Shown piece after piece: positions 36,093-46,000 of a DNA stretch of 64,000 bases. The position numbers and the translations under genes were made by a program. The notes beneath the pieces were generated by a model. The model had not been told where the DNA came from. It saw only the letters and a list, made by a program, of their open reading frames with translations, and did no database searches. Each line of letters begins with the position of its first letter. The first letter of the stretch is position 1. The stretch spans positions 153,704-217,703 of IMG/VR virus record IMGVR_UViG_3300017963_000192; one strand, given 5' to 3'.

Positions 36093-37054
36093 TTAATGTA
36101 TCTGACATATTAGATGATATCGGATTAGATTATAGAGAAGTTGGAAAAAGCTTTAGAGTTAAGTGTTGGCATCACGATGAAGGTGTCCCGTCAATGTTTA
36201 TTAATAAAGAATCTGGAGTGTATCATTGCTTTAGCTGTCATAGTTCTGGAAACATATTTCAACTTATTACAGAACATCTTGGATTAACTGGATTCGATTT
36301 AGTAAAATACTTAGCTGACTTCTCTATTAACTTGACAGAGGAAGAAATATATAATAGATTAAAAAATCACATAGGATCTAGAAAACCAAAAGAAGTAAAA
36401 CAAGTACGAAAGCTTATAAGAATACCAGAATACAAAACCATAGAAAATAATGATTATCTTGAAAATAGAGGAATAACTAAAGAAGAAATAAAACAATGGG
36501 AAATGGGGGTTGTTTCTGGCAATCAAACACACAAAGAATTCTTACCTTATAGAAATTGGATTTATATTCCTATAATTCAAAATGGTGTTTTTGAAAATTA
36601 TTTCTTGAGAAGTCCTTTTAACAATAGAAAGATATATGGTAAATTTCCTAGAAAAAATCTTTTATTTGGATTAGATAGTTGTACAGATTACAGTAAAACT
36701 ATTTATGTAGTAGAGGGTATCTTTGATATGATTTTTTTGAGAAAGATAAGAGTTCAAGTTGTTGCAGCTCTTTCTAACAGGTTGCATAAAGAACAATTAG
36801 AACTCCTTAAAAAATATAAAAGAGTAGTACTCGTGCCAGATGCGGACAGCCCTGGATTTGAGTTAGTTAAAACAGCTTTACCTTTAATATATAGTACTAG
36901 TCTCGGAGTATGTTCTATCCCTAATGGTAAGAAAGATACTGCTGATTGTACTATAGATGAATTAATAGAAATGACTTATAATGAAAAAAGTATTTTAGAT
37001 TTTATTTTTAATGAGAGGTTAGATTATGGAAATGCGAGACACCAGTTCTTCTAA
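36089..37054 (+). CDS. dnaG: DNA primase (CHC2 zinc finger plus TOPRIM)
   Basis: CWHHDE..PS...YHCFSC; YLENRGI; VVEGIFD; VPDADSPG. Confidence 0.85.
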   Translation: MINVSDILDDIGLDYREVGKSFRVKCWHHDEGVPSMFINKESGVYHCFSCHSSGNIFQLITEHLGLTGFDLVKYLADFSINLTEEEIYNRLKNHIGSRKPKEVKQVRKLIRIPEYKTIENNDYLENRGITKEEIKQWEMGVVSGNQTHKEFLPYRNWIYIPIIQNGVFENYFLRSPFNNRKIYGKFPRKNLLFGLDSCTDYSKTIYVVEGIFDMIFLRKIRVQVVAALSNRLHKEQLELLKKYKRVVLVPDADSPGFELVKTALPLIYSTSLGVCSIPNGKKDTADCTIDELIEMTYNEKSILDFIFNERLDYGNARHQFF

Positions 37055-37238
37055 TATTGCACAGGTTGGATACGATACAGCAGAAAAAGTATTACGTATT
37101 GTATTTCAAACAGGAGCAATATATGATTACACAAATGTGGACGAGCTAACTTATCGACAGTTATTGCAATCTCCTTCGGTCGGTAAATTTTTTCACAGAT
37201 ACATCAAAGGTAGCTTTGATTTTAATAGAATTAAGTAA
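37026..37238 (+). CDS. KTSC domain protein
   Basis: SSSNIAQVGYD...LRIVF..GAIYDY.NV...LL.SPSVGKFF. Confidence 0.85.
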   Translation: MEMRDTSSSNIAQVGYDTAEKVLRIVFQTGAIYDYTNVDELTYRQLLQSPSVGKFFHRYIKGSFDFNRIK

Positions 37239-37245
37239 AAAATTG

Positions 37246-37291
37246 TTGACTATTAATAGGGTTTTGTATACATTAGATATGTGTATACATT
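37246..37291 (+). promoter_or_regulatory. sigma70-type promoter overlapped by two TGTATACATT boxes
   Basis: TTGACT-N17-TACATT; TGTATACATT at 37265 and 37282. Confidence 0.7.
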
Positions 37292-37322
37292 CATTTAAAT
37301 TGTTTATAAGGAGATTATAGAA

Positions 37323-37493
37323 ATGATTAGAAAACAATTCTATTTTACTGAAAGTGAGGATAAGGCTGTTAAAAAAGTTGCGAAAGAAAGCGGGCTTCCA
37401 GCAGCAGAAATAATAAGGAGGTTTATAGATTATTGTTTAAATCAAGAGAATTTAGATAATATTATATATAAAACGAGGAAAAACAAGAAATGA
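37323..37493 (+). CDS. Ribbon-helix-helix regulator (56 aa, not in ORF track)
   Basis: MIRKQFYFTESEDKAVKKVAKESGLPAAEIIRRFID; AAGGAG RBS; ATGA-coupled to the next gene. Confidence 0.75.
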   Translation: MIRKQFYFTESEDKAVKKVAKESGLPAAEIIRRFIDYCLNQENLDNIIYKTRKNKK

Positions 37494-37918
37494 AAGTAAT
37501 TGTAAATGTGGATGGTATTTTACCAGTATTAGATGATATGATAATAAAGGGTTTGGAACAAGAGGGTTATCCCACTTGTTTAGGGAATATGATACCCCCA
37601 TTATTAATGAGAAAAATTGAGGTAGATGAAGAAAAAGTACTAAAAGTAAAAGGGCTTACTCCTACAACTGAAATTGTTTTGGAAGATGTCTCGCAAGTTG
37701 TGGAAAGTAATGTTGATATTGTAAATAATAGGGTTATGACTCAAGAAGGAATTGACTATATTAATGAGTATAAAACAAATAGGGCAGAAATGTATGTAAA
37801 GCAGTTAGTTAAGTGTATTAGTTGTGAATATGTTGATACGTGTTATAAACTAACCACAACTTATTTAACACTCATAAGTATAGAAGAAAAAGCAAAGGAG
37901 ACTAATTCGACATGTTAG
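37490..37918 (+). CDS. Hypothetical protein in the tubulin operon
   Basis: Overlaps both neighbours; C-terminal CISC...C. Confidence 0.55.
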   Translation: MKVIVNVDGILPVLDDMIIKGLEQEGYPTCLGNMIPPLLMRKIEVDEEKVLKVKGLTPTTEIVLEDVSQVVESNVDIVNNRVMTQEGIDYINEYKTNRAEMYVKQLVKCISCEYVDTCYKLTTTYLTLISIEEKAKETNSTC

Positions 37919-38991
37919 GAAAAACAGTACAGATTATAGGAGTGGGTCAATGTGGGTGTAGGCTTGGTATGACTTTTGAAAAACAAGGAATACCAGCACT
38001 TTACATTAATTCAGATGAAGTTGATTTTAGGGATTTTAATGCGAGACCAGATCAAACTCTCTTGATAGAAGGTTCTGGTACTGGGGGATCTCCTTCAAAA
38101 GGAGCTGAATTATTTAGAAAGCACAAGAGTTCTATTATTAGTTTTTTAAGAGAACGTTTAGATAAAAATAAAATAATATGGGTATTGTGGGGAAGTGGAG
38201 GAGGTACTGGAAATTCAATAGGACCTCTTTTATTAGAGTATTTATCTGAACATAAATATGTTACTGGATGTATTACAACTTTACCGCCTAAGATGTTAGA
38301 TATTCTGGCAACTGATAATGCTATGAAGACTTTGAAAAAGTTGAAAGATGTTAATACGAGAATGACTGTACTCGCAGACAATGAATACCTTGTAAATAAG
38401 ATTGGTGTTGGTGGTGATTGGTGGAAGAAAGTTAACAGCCATATCTGTTCTACAATTCTTTCTGCCTTTGATTTGTTAAGAGAAGGGAAGACTACTCAAA
38501 GTGGGCTAGGTTCTATTGATAAGGGTGAGATAATGAGGATTATGCAATATGGAAACGGTTTAACAGATGTTAGAGTTGTATATCTTTCTCCTTATGATTT
38601 TGATTTAGAGAATAAAGATTTGTTAAAGAAATTACTTGAGCCTTCTCTTATTGAAGGTTATAACTATAAAAATACATTAGCTTATCTTGTAGGAATAGAT
38701 TTGCCAAGGCAAGGAAATTACACAGAGATTTCAAAGAAGATATTTGATAGTACAAGAGCGAGCTTTGGAAATGCTATATCACGATTAGGCATGTTCGTTG
38801 ATCCTTTTCTTAATGATGTTATAAGAGTAACAATGATTAATGCTGGATTGAAACTACCTAAATCTTTAAAGGTAAAGATGAATAATTTAAAGAGGGATGA
38901 GGCTAGATTTATTGAGAAAAGAAATAGAGAAGAAACTATGGACTTCTCTGAATTAGAAGAAGGTGTTTTAGAAGAAGACTTTCAATTGTAA
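37912..38991 (+). CDS. Tubulin/FtsZ-family GTPase (TubZ/PhuZ-like)
   Basis: IIGVGQCG, YINSD, GTGG, tubulin signature GSGGGTGNS, LADNE, T7-like SIDKGE; acidic tail. Confidence 0.85.
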   Translation: MLGKTVQIIGVGQCGCRLGMTFEKQGIPALYINSDEVDFRDFNARPDQTLLIEGSGTGGSPSKGAELFRKHKSSIISFLRERLDKNKIIWVLWGSGGGTGNSIGPLLLEYLSEHKYVTGCITTLPPKMLDILATDNAMKTLKKLKDVNTRMTVLADNEYLVNKIGVGGDWWKKVNSHICSTILSAFDLLREGKTTQSGLGSIDKGEIMRIMQYGNGLTDVRVVYLSPYDFDLENKDLLKKLLEPSLIEGYNYKNTLAYLVGIDLPRQGNYTEISKKIFDSTRASFGNAISRLGMFVDPFLNDVIRVTMINAGLKLPKSLKVKMNNLKRDEARFIEKRNREETMDFSELEEGVLEEDFQL

Positions 38992-38994
38992 GAG

Positions 38995-39423
38995 GTGAAT
39001 ATGGATTTAAATATAACTCAAGTTTGTAATACTGTTCAATATTTTGAAAAGCCTGTTAAAACTAATTACTCGACAAGAGAGGGAGGCTTTCCTACAGACA
39101 CATTTAAAATTAGCCAGACGTACGTTGATTTTATTATAGAGATATCTGGTCTTACGATGATGACAATGACACGCAATTGTGATTATGATATTTTTAGAGA
39201 TATGATATTACATGCACTTCCTCCTAGATTTAGAAATGCTGATTTGGAGATTATAGAGTTAATGAATCATCCGATGGAACACGCAACAAAATTTGGTATT
39301 GTAATAAAAGGGTACAACGGAAATGTTTATACTCCGTCAGAAACAAAGCGGTGGATTTATTGTCCGAGTTGTGGAGTACCATTGAAAAACCATAGTTGTG
39401 AATACTGTGGATTACAATTATAA
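38995..39423 (+). CDS. Hypothetical protein with C-terminal zinc ribbon
   Basis: CPSCG...CEYCG. Confidence 0.5.
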   Translation: MNMDLNITQVCNTVQYFEKPVKTNYSTREGGFPTDTFKISQTYVDFIIEISGLTMMTMTRNCDYDIFRDMILHALPPRFRNADLEIIELMNHPMEHATKFGIVIKGYNGNVYTPSETKRWIYCPSCGVPLKNHSCEYCGLQL

Positions 39424-39433
39424 GGAGAAAAAA

Positions 39434-39604
39434 ATGACTAAACTTATTAGATGTAAAGAATGTGGAGAAACTTTTGAACCAATTATTGTTGATGATAAGG
39501 TTCACAATAAAGGAATCAAACAAGATTGTCCTAATTGTGGAGAAGTAAATTTATTTAAACCCTCTGAAGTTGATGGTAAGGGTGATGACGTATTAGGAAA
39601 ATGA
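39434..39604 (+). CDS. Small zinc-ribbon protein
   Basis: CKECG...CPNCG; AAGGAG RBS before MTKL. Confidence 0.55.
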   Translation: MTKLIRCKECGETFEPIIVDDKVHNKGIKQDCPNCGEVNLFKPSEVDGKGDDVLGK

Positions 39605-39827
39605 TTATGTCAGGAAAACGAGCAGTTTCTTTATATATTAGAGATGAAAAAGAATACAAAGCCTTGAGAGACGAGGTTAAAAATTTGTGGTATAAAAAAT
39701 ACGGAATTGCATTATCAATAGGAGAAGTTGTTATGTATTCTTTAAATTTTACTAAAGAGGAGTTATTGAAAACGGACAAGTCTAGGAACAATCAAACTCC
39801 TTCTAAAAAATATTCGAGGTTGAGTTC

Positions 39828-41288
39828 TTGATAGTATCTGATAAAATATATATACGATTAAGTGAAATAGAAAACCATGTTTCAAACATATGTAATATGT
39901 TTACTTATCCAAATCCAGAGTACCACCGAAATAAAAAATTGAAATTATCTGTAAGAAAAATATCACCCTCATTAAAGAACTATAAGTTTCAAGGTGTGGG
40001 AGAAGGTAGGATGTTGATTTTACCAAGAGGTTGTTTATCAAAACTCAAGGATTATTTTAAGAATAATAATATGTTTGTAAGAGTTTTGGATGATAGGATA
40101 GAACACCCTCCTATTGATTGTAAACTGAAAGAAACTAATTTAGAACCCCAACAGCATCAATTAATTAATGCATTTGTAAATGATGAGGGAGGTCTTGTGG
40201 AAGCTCTTCCAGGAGCGGGAAAAACTATAGGAATACTAGGTTTGATAGACACCATCAAACAACCAACTATAATACTTATGCACGAAGAAGGTTTGCAGAA
40301 ACAATGGATTAAAGAAATAAAAAAGCGTATGAAAGGTAACTTTGTACTTGGAAGGTGGGATGGTAATCACAAGACTAGGGGTGATATTGATGTTGGTCTT
40401 GTTCAAACAGTTCACAAACAGGTTGATTTAAATCCCAACTTTTTAGATTCCTATGGAATGATTGTTTTGGATGAAGCCCATCACGGAAGTGCTGCAACTT
40501 TCTTGAAGACTTTAAATTCTTCTCGTTCTAAATATAGAGTTGGTGTTACTGGTACAGTAGAAAGAAAAGATCAAATGCATATCCTTCTTTATGATGTAAT
40601 AGGAAAAGTTCTCCTTGTTATTAAGGACAAGGATTTGAAACATAGAATCACCCCTTTTGAATATGAGATGGTAAATACTAACATAAGTATAGAATTACCT
40701 ACAAATCAAAGATGGGTTAATAAAAAAAGGGTAAACGTACTAAATCCAACAGGAACAATAACTTTGTTGACAAAAATAGATAAAAGGAATACAATGATTA
40801 TTAATAATATAATTAATGACATTGAAATAGGTCATTTCCCGTTAGTTCTTTCTGACAGAGTGGATCACATTACTTTTCTAGATTACAGATTGAACGAGAT
40901 GGGATACAATTCTATACTTATAAAGGGGGGTGCAACTAAAAAATCTGAAAAGATTAACTGGGATGAAATTAGGGAAGATACAACTATACAAGTTATTTGT
41001 GCATCAACAAAGAAAGCTGAAGAAGGTTTAGATTTACCAAGACTTTCTTCGTTACATTTAACATGCATGTCATCTAACTATCCCAAATTTAAACAAAAGA
41101 TAGGGAGAATCAGGAGAAAATTAGAGGGGAAACCTACTCCTAAAGTCTACTATTATGTTGATAATTTAGCGTATATTTTTGAATTAAGTAAAGATACATA
41201 TGTTAAGAAACACATTTTAAGTTATACAGCTAAAAATGTTTCTAAATATTTTACCAAACTACAGGATGAATATTATGAAGAAAAATAA
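39828..41288 (+). CDS. Superfamily 2 DEAH helicase (UvsW/D10-like)
   Basis: PGAGKT, VLDEAHH, GVTGT, EGLDLP, QKIGRIRR. Confidence 0.88.
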   Translation: MIVSDKIYIRLSEIENHVSNICNMFTYPNPEYHRNKKLKLSVRKISPSLKNYKFQGVGEGRMLILPRGCLSKLKDYFKNNNMFVRVLDDRIEHPPIDCKLKETNLEPQQHQLINAFVNDEGGLVEALPGAGKTIGILGLIDTIKQPTIILMHEEGLQKQWIKEIKKRMKGNFVLGRWDGNHKTRGDIDVGLVQTVHKQVDLNPNFLDSYGMIVLDEAHHGSAATFLKTLNSSRSKYRVGVTGTVERKDQMHILLYDVIGKVLLVIKDKDLKHRITPFEYEMVNTNISIELPTNQRWVNKKRVNVLNPTGTITLLTKIDKRNTMIINNIINDIEIGHFPLVLSDRVDHITFLDYRLNEMGYNSILIKGGATKKSEKINWDEIREDTTIQVICASTKKAEEGLDLPRLSSLHLTCMSSNYPKFKQKIGRIRRKLEGKPTPKVYYYVDNLAYIFELSKDTYVKKHILSYTAKNVSKYFTKLQDEYYEEK

Positions 41289-41339
41289 AACTCTTTGTGT
41301 TAAAGAGGAAAAATACAAGAAGATTTATATGAGTGTACT

Positions 41340-42122
41340 ATGGACAAAGCAGCATATGAGAAAGCTGTCCGTCTTAGTCGAAACTTTAATAGCAGGAGTG
41401 CGGAAGATACAAAAGAGCTTTATGGAATTATTCAAAGAGCTGTTAAACTTGCACAAAGAGGTAAAGAGGATAATATTGGGAGAAATGACAGGGAAGTTAA
41501 AAGAGCAAAAGCTTTTCTGTTAGAGGTTTATGAGCCGTATATTAAAAAAATGGCGGGTAAATATTTTCCGTCAGTAGAGACTCCATTAGATTTTGAAGAT
41601 GTTATACAAGAGGTTTATTTAATATTTTTGTCTCTTATAAATAAGTATGACGAAAATATTTCTTCCTTTTCGTATTACATTAATTTGATGTTGCCTCAGT
41701 ATATGTCGGTGTGGGTACATAAGATTAATTCAACAGTTTACGTTCCTGTTGATATTAAGATTGTTGAAGCGACTTTATGTCATCCGGCATTTGATTCATC
41801 CGTTAAGGTTTACGACTATCTTAATGGATGGATTTTAGAGAAGGAGTTTGTATCTTTTATAGAAGAAAGGTCTATGAAGAGTTCTAGGAGTGAGACTGTA
41901 AAGGAGGTATGTGACAAGATATTTTTAGGAAACACAACGTGTTCTGAATTAGCTACTGAGTTGGGAATTAGTTATCACGCTGTGTATGAGATTATCAACA
42001 AGATTAAGATGGAGTTAAGACACTTTTTCAATGAGAATCTCTTTTCTGAATATACTGTTACAAGTACTGGAGATTATGGATTATTTGAGGATGGATATGA
42101 GTTCGAATATAAATATAAATAG
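41340..42122 (+). CDS. Phage RNA polymerase sigma factor (sigma70 family)
   Basis: Region 2: FEDVIQEVYLIFLSLINKYD...FSYY; region 4 HTH: TCSELATELGISYHAVYEIINKIK. Confidence 0.75.
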   Translation: MDKAAYEKAVRLSRNFNSRSAEDTKELYGIIQRAVKLAQRGKEDNIGRNDREVKRAKAFLLEVYEPYIKKMAGKYFPSVETPLDFEDVIQEVYLIFLSLINKYDENISSFSYYINLMLPQYMSVWVHKINSTVYVPVDIKIVEATLCHPAFDSSVKVYDYLNGWILEKEFVSFIEERSMKSSRSETVKEVCDKIFLGNTTCSELATELGISYHAVYEIINKIKMELRHFFNENLFSEYTVTSTGDYGLFEDGYEFEYKYK

Positions 42123-42324
42123 AGAAGAACCTGTGAGGACTATTTCAACACATGTTCCTGCTCATATTTATAATGCATATTCGAATAAGGTGAAATTTTA
42201 CGAATTGAATTCTCATGATGTTATGGGTTATCTAGTTAAGAAATTTATAGAAGGAGATTTTGACGAAGACTTTTCAATACCAAAAGATTAAACCATATTA
42301 ATTAAATTAGCAGGAGGATATGAT

Positions 42325-42717
42325 ATGAAAATTAACAAAGTGTTTGTCTACGGTACCTTACGTAGAGGTCTTAGTAGAAATGGTGTCTTACAAAGAACTT
42401 CTGAATTCATTGGTGTAGGCACTTGTAAATACAAAAAGATGTTTGATTTAGGGAGTTTTCCAGCAGTTATTAACTCCGATGATGAAAAGGATGTAATTGT
42501 TGGAGAGCTTTACGAAATGCGCAATCCAGAAGAAGTTCTTTCAATACTCGATTCCATTGAAGGAGTTCCCCACCTTTATAGACGTGATTCAGTTAAAGTA
42601 AATATAGATGGAAAAGAAATTGACAGTTGGTTGTATATTTACAATACTGACAAAGAAAGATTGAAAGATTGTGAACACGTCAAATCTGGAGATTATTCAG
42701 ATAGACTATGGTTCTAA
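42325..42717 (+). CDS. Gamma-glutamylcyclotransferase (AIG2-like)
   Basis: VFVYGTLRRG, DLGSFPA, VGELY, LDSIEG, LYRR. Confidence 0.85.
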   Translation: MKINKVFVYGTLRRGLSRNGVLQRTSEFIGVGTCKYKKMFDLGSFPAVINSDDEKDVIVGELYEMRNPEEVLSILDSIEGVPHLYRRDSVKVNIDGKEIDSWLYIYNTDKERLKDCEHVKSGDYSDRLWF

Positions 42718-42736
42718 CATGTGAAAGGAGTTTTTT

Positions 42737-42889
42737 ATGAAAAAATTATTGACTTTATTAGTTTCTTTGGCGATTATTATGGCTATTGTAGGTTGTTCAA
42801 AACCTCCAACAGACGATAGCAAAGTTAAAGATCCTCAAAAGAAAGAGGATGTCGATAAAAAAGTCGATAAGAAAGCAAAAAAGAAGTAG
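42737..42889 (+). CDS. 50-aa lipoprotein (not in ORF track)
   Basis: MKKLLTLLVSLAIIMAIVG-C lipobox; K/D-rich tail; AAGGAG RBS. Confidence 0.7.
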   Translation: MKKLLTLLVSLAIIMAIVGCSKPPTDDSKVKDPQKKEDVDKKVDKKAKKK

Positions 42890-42897
42890 TGTTAAGT

Positions 42898-42928
42898 AAA
42901 ATGCCCTTGCCAAAAGCGAGGGCATTTT
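42898..42928 (+). terminator. Rho-independent terminator
   Basis: AAATGCCCTTGC-caaaa-GCGAGGGCATTTT. Confidence 0.7.
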
Positions 42929-43049
42929 AAAAAAGATACTTAAAGATTATCACTTTCCAATTATATTTTAAATAGAACTGCAAGAAATCCAAGAAGTCTT
43001 TAGCTTCGTGACAGTTCACATTGCAACTAAGTTTAAAGGATGGTAAGGG

Positions 43050-46000
43050 ATGGGAATAGGTGATAAACTATTAGATAAAAATTACGAACCTTCCTCACAA
43101 CCAACAAACAGAATAGAATCTCCATTTTTTAAGAAGATTATAAAATGTCCGGTAAATTTTACTGAGGATATTATTGAGTATGTTGAATCTCCAGAATTTT
43201 TAGGTATGACTTTACGCCCACTTCAGAGAAAATTTCTTGAAGAGCTTTTTTATGTTAATCCAGATGGTTCATATAAATATGAACAAGGAGTTATGTGTTG
43301 TGGAATGAGGGGTGGTAAATCGCACTCTATAAAAGAGCAAATTTTAATGTATGATGGAACATTAAAAGAGATTGGGAAAATACAGATTGGTGATATTGTA
43401 ATGGGACCAGATTCTACTCCAAGAAAGGTTCTTAATACCTCACGAGGAGAATCTGAAATGTTTGAGATAAAACAATCATGTGCTGATACATATATTATAA
43501 ATGATGCACACATTCTTTCTTTAAAGAAAGCTCAGTCTGTAAACTGTTCTCTTGGAAAAAACAGGAAGTCAAATGTTAGATACGGTAATGAACCAGATAT
43601 AGTCAACATTCCTATAAAAGAATATTTAAAGAAATCTAAAAAATGGAAATATTTCTTTAGAGGATATAAAGCAGGATTGATTAAATTCGAGGAACAACCT
43701 ATCTCTATTGATCCTTATTTGGTTGGACAGTGGTTAGCAGACGGTCATGCTACTGAGTTAAGAATTACAAAAACCGATGCTGATTTAAAAGAATGGATTT
43801 ATAAATTTGCTAAAGAAAATGATTTGATTGTAAAAGAATACCAAAAAAAGAATACAATTGCTAAAGATTTTTATTTTGATAAATCTAATGGTAACTCGAA
43901 TAAAATATGGAATGAATTTAAAAAATTAAATCTTCCAGATAATAAACATATCCCGCAATGCTATATTAGTAATAGCAAAGAAATAAGATTAGAATTGCTT
44001 GCTGCTTTAATTGATGGAGATGGTCATCATAGATTAAATAGACATGGATATGATATTGCATTTTCTAATGAGACATTGGCAATGGATACCAAAAGATTAG
44101 CAGATACCCTTGGATATAGAACTCATATTCAAAAAAAGAAAACATCTTGTAAAAATAAAGAAACTGGTTATAATTTTGAAGGGGAAGCTTGGAGACTTTC
44201 CATCTATGGCAATGTATGGGAAATACCTTGTAAGGTTAAAAGAAAACAATATGTTCATAATGGTAAACGTACTAACAAAGAAGAGGGTTTATCATCATTA
44301 AAAGTCACCTCTATTGGTTGGGGTAAATATGCTGGAATAGGTGTTGATGGAGATAACCTGTATTGCCTTGCAGACGGAACGGTTACACATAATTCTTGGA
44401 CTGCTGCTTTCATAACAACCTTTATGACTCAACTAATGTTGAAGTACGATAATCCGGCACAAGAGTTTGGACAAGCCCCTGGTACTCGTATTACCGGACA
44501 GATTATAGCATCTTCAGAAGTACAAGCGAAAGAGACAGCTTATGCGGCAGTTGAGTCCATTCTTGATTATGGTCATTGGTGGCAGAAATATATTGCGTAT
44601 TTAAAAGAGAGAGAAGAAACTGAAGGAAAACATACATTATATCAAGAATTAAAATTAGCTAGAGAATTTCCAGAAAAGAATGTTGCTGTACTTTCTCTTC
44701 ACAGTAACTCTGCTGCCCTTGCTGGTAAGACAAGTTATTGTGTTGTTCTTGATGAATTAAGTCGATTTGATGTGGCAGATGGGATGGTGCAATCTAGAAC
44801 ACAAAAATCAACAGCAAACGCTGTTTATGATACGGTTGCTAGAGCGTGCTCAAGTCTTAAACAGATAAGCAAGGTCGTCACGATATCGAGTCCTATGTAT
44901 GAGGACGATTACACAATGAGATTATTGTGTATGGCAAAGGATTGTTGGGTAGGAGAAATGTCTCCTATTATTGATGCTTTGAGAAACAAAACTGTAACCA
45001 AAGTTCCTACCCTATATGGTATGCACGCCACAACCTTTGAGTTAAACCCAAAAACAGAAGAAAATCCTGGAGGTTTTGTTAGAGGGGAAGATTTTGAATC
45101 AGCAAGACTACAGAATCCCGAAGCCTACAATCGTGACTACCTTGCTTGTCCGCCTTCTACTGTTAATCCGTTCTTCGAGTTTCCAGAAAAAATTGATAGA
45201 GTTGTTATAGATAGGGAAAAGAAAGTTGCCTTTTCTGATAAGATGATAGAGGAATCTATTCAAACAGCAAATGGGATTGAGATGCGAATGTATATTGGTA
45301 AGAATATAATGCCTCTTAAACCTGATAAAATGAATAAGTATTATATTTGTGTTGACCAGGGCGAAAAGCGTGACCACTTTGCTTTGGCAATGGGGCATGT
45401 TGAATCTATGCCTATTGATGTTACTAACGATAAAGGTGATATCGAAAAAGCGAGTAGATTAAAGATAATAATAGATTTTGTTACTGGTTGGATTCCAGAT
45501 AAACAGAATAGAATAACAGTTTCATTTGCAAATGTGGAGGAAGTAATTAAAGTATTATGTCAGAGTTTCCATGTTGGCGTGGTCACTTATGACCAATGGT
45601 CTAGTGCAGAATCAATACAAAGATTATTTTCCGAAGGTGTTAATACACAACAATTAGGTGCTACATTATCAATGTACGAAACATTTAAACAATTAATTTA
45701 TCAAGGTCAATTAGAACTTCCTAAACATGAGATACTTTTAAAAGAATTAAAACAGTTAACATTAATAAAAGGTAAGAAACTCGATCACCCATCTTCTGGA
45801 AGTAAAGACTATTCTGATGCTGTCTGTCGAGTATGTTGGTTATGTTATGAAGATTATATTATGGAGACTGTTCATGGGCAGCATATGTTACCTTATAAAC
45901 AAAATCTTCCAACACTACGTTCGGTTGCATCTGCTTATGAGATTATGAGACAAAACGATATGAATCCTCATGGAGCTATTTGGAATCAATCTCAAAGTGG

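Noticed and set aside
37912-38991. Nucleus-forming (chimallin-type) jumbo phage
   Set aside because: Tubulin alone is insufficient; no chimallin or multisubunit RNAP is seen, and the sigma factor plus sigma70 promoters imply use of host RNAP
7884-45398. Many short antisense or alternate-frame ORFs inside nrdJ, polA, dnaB, terL and other genes
   Set aside because: They are fully nested in confident genes, lack an RBS and have the composition of shadow frames
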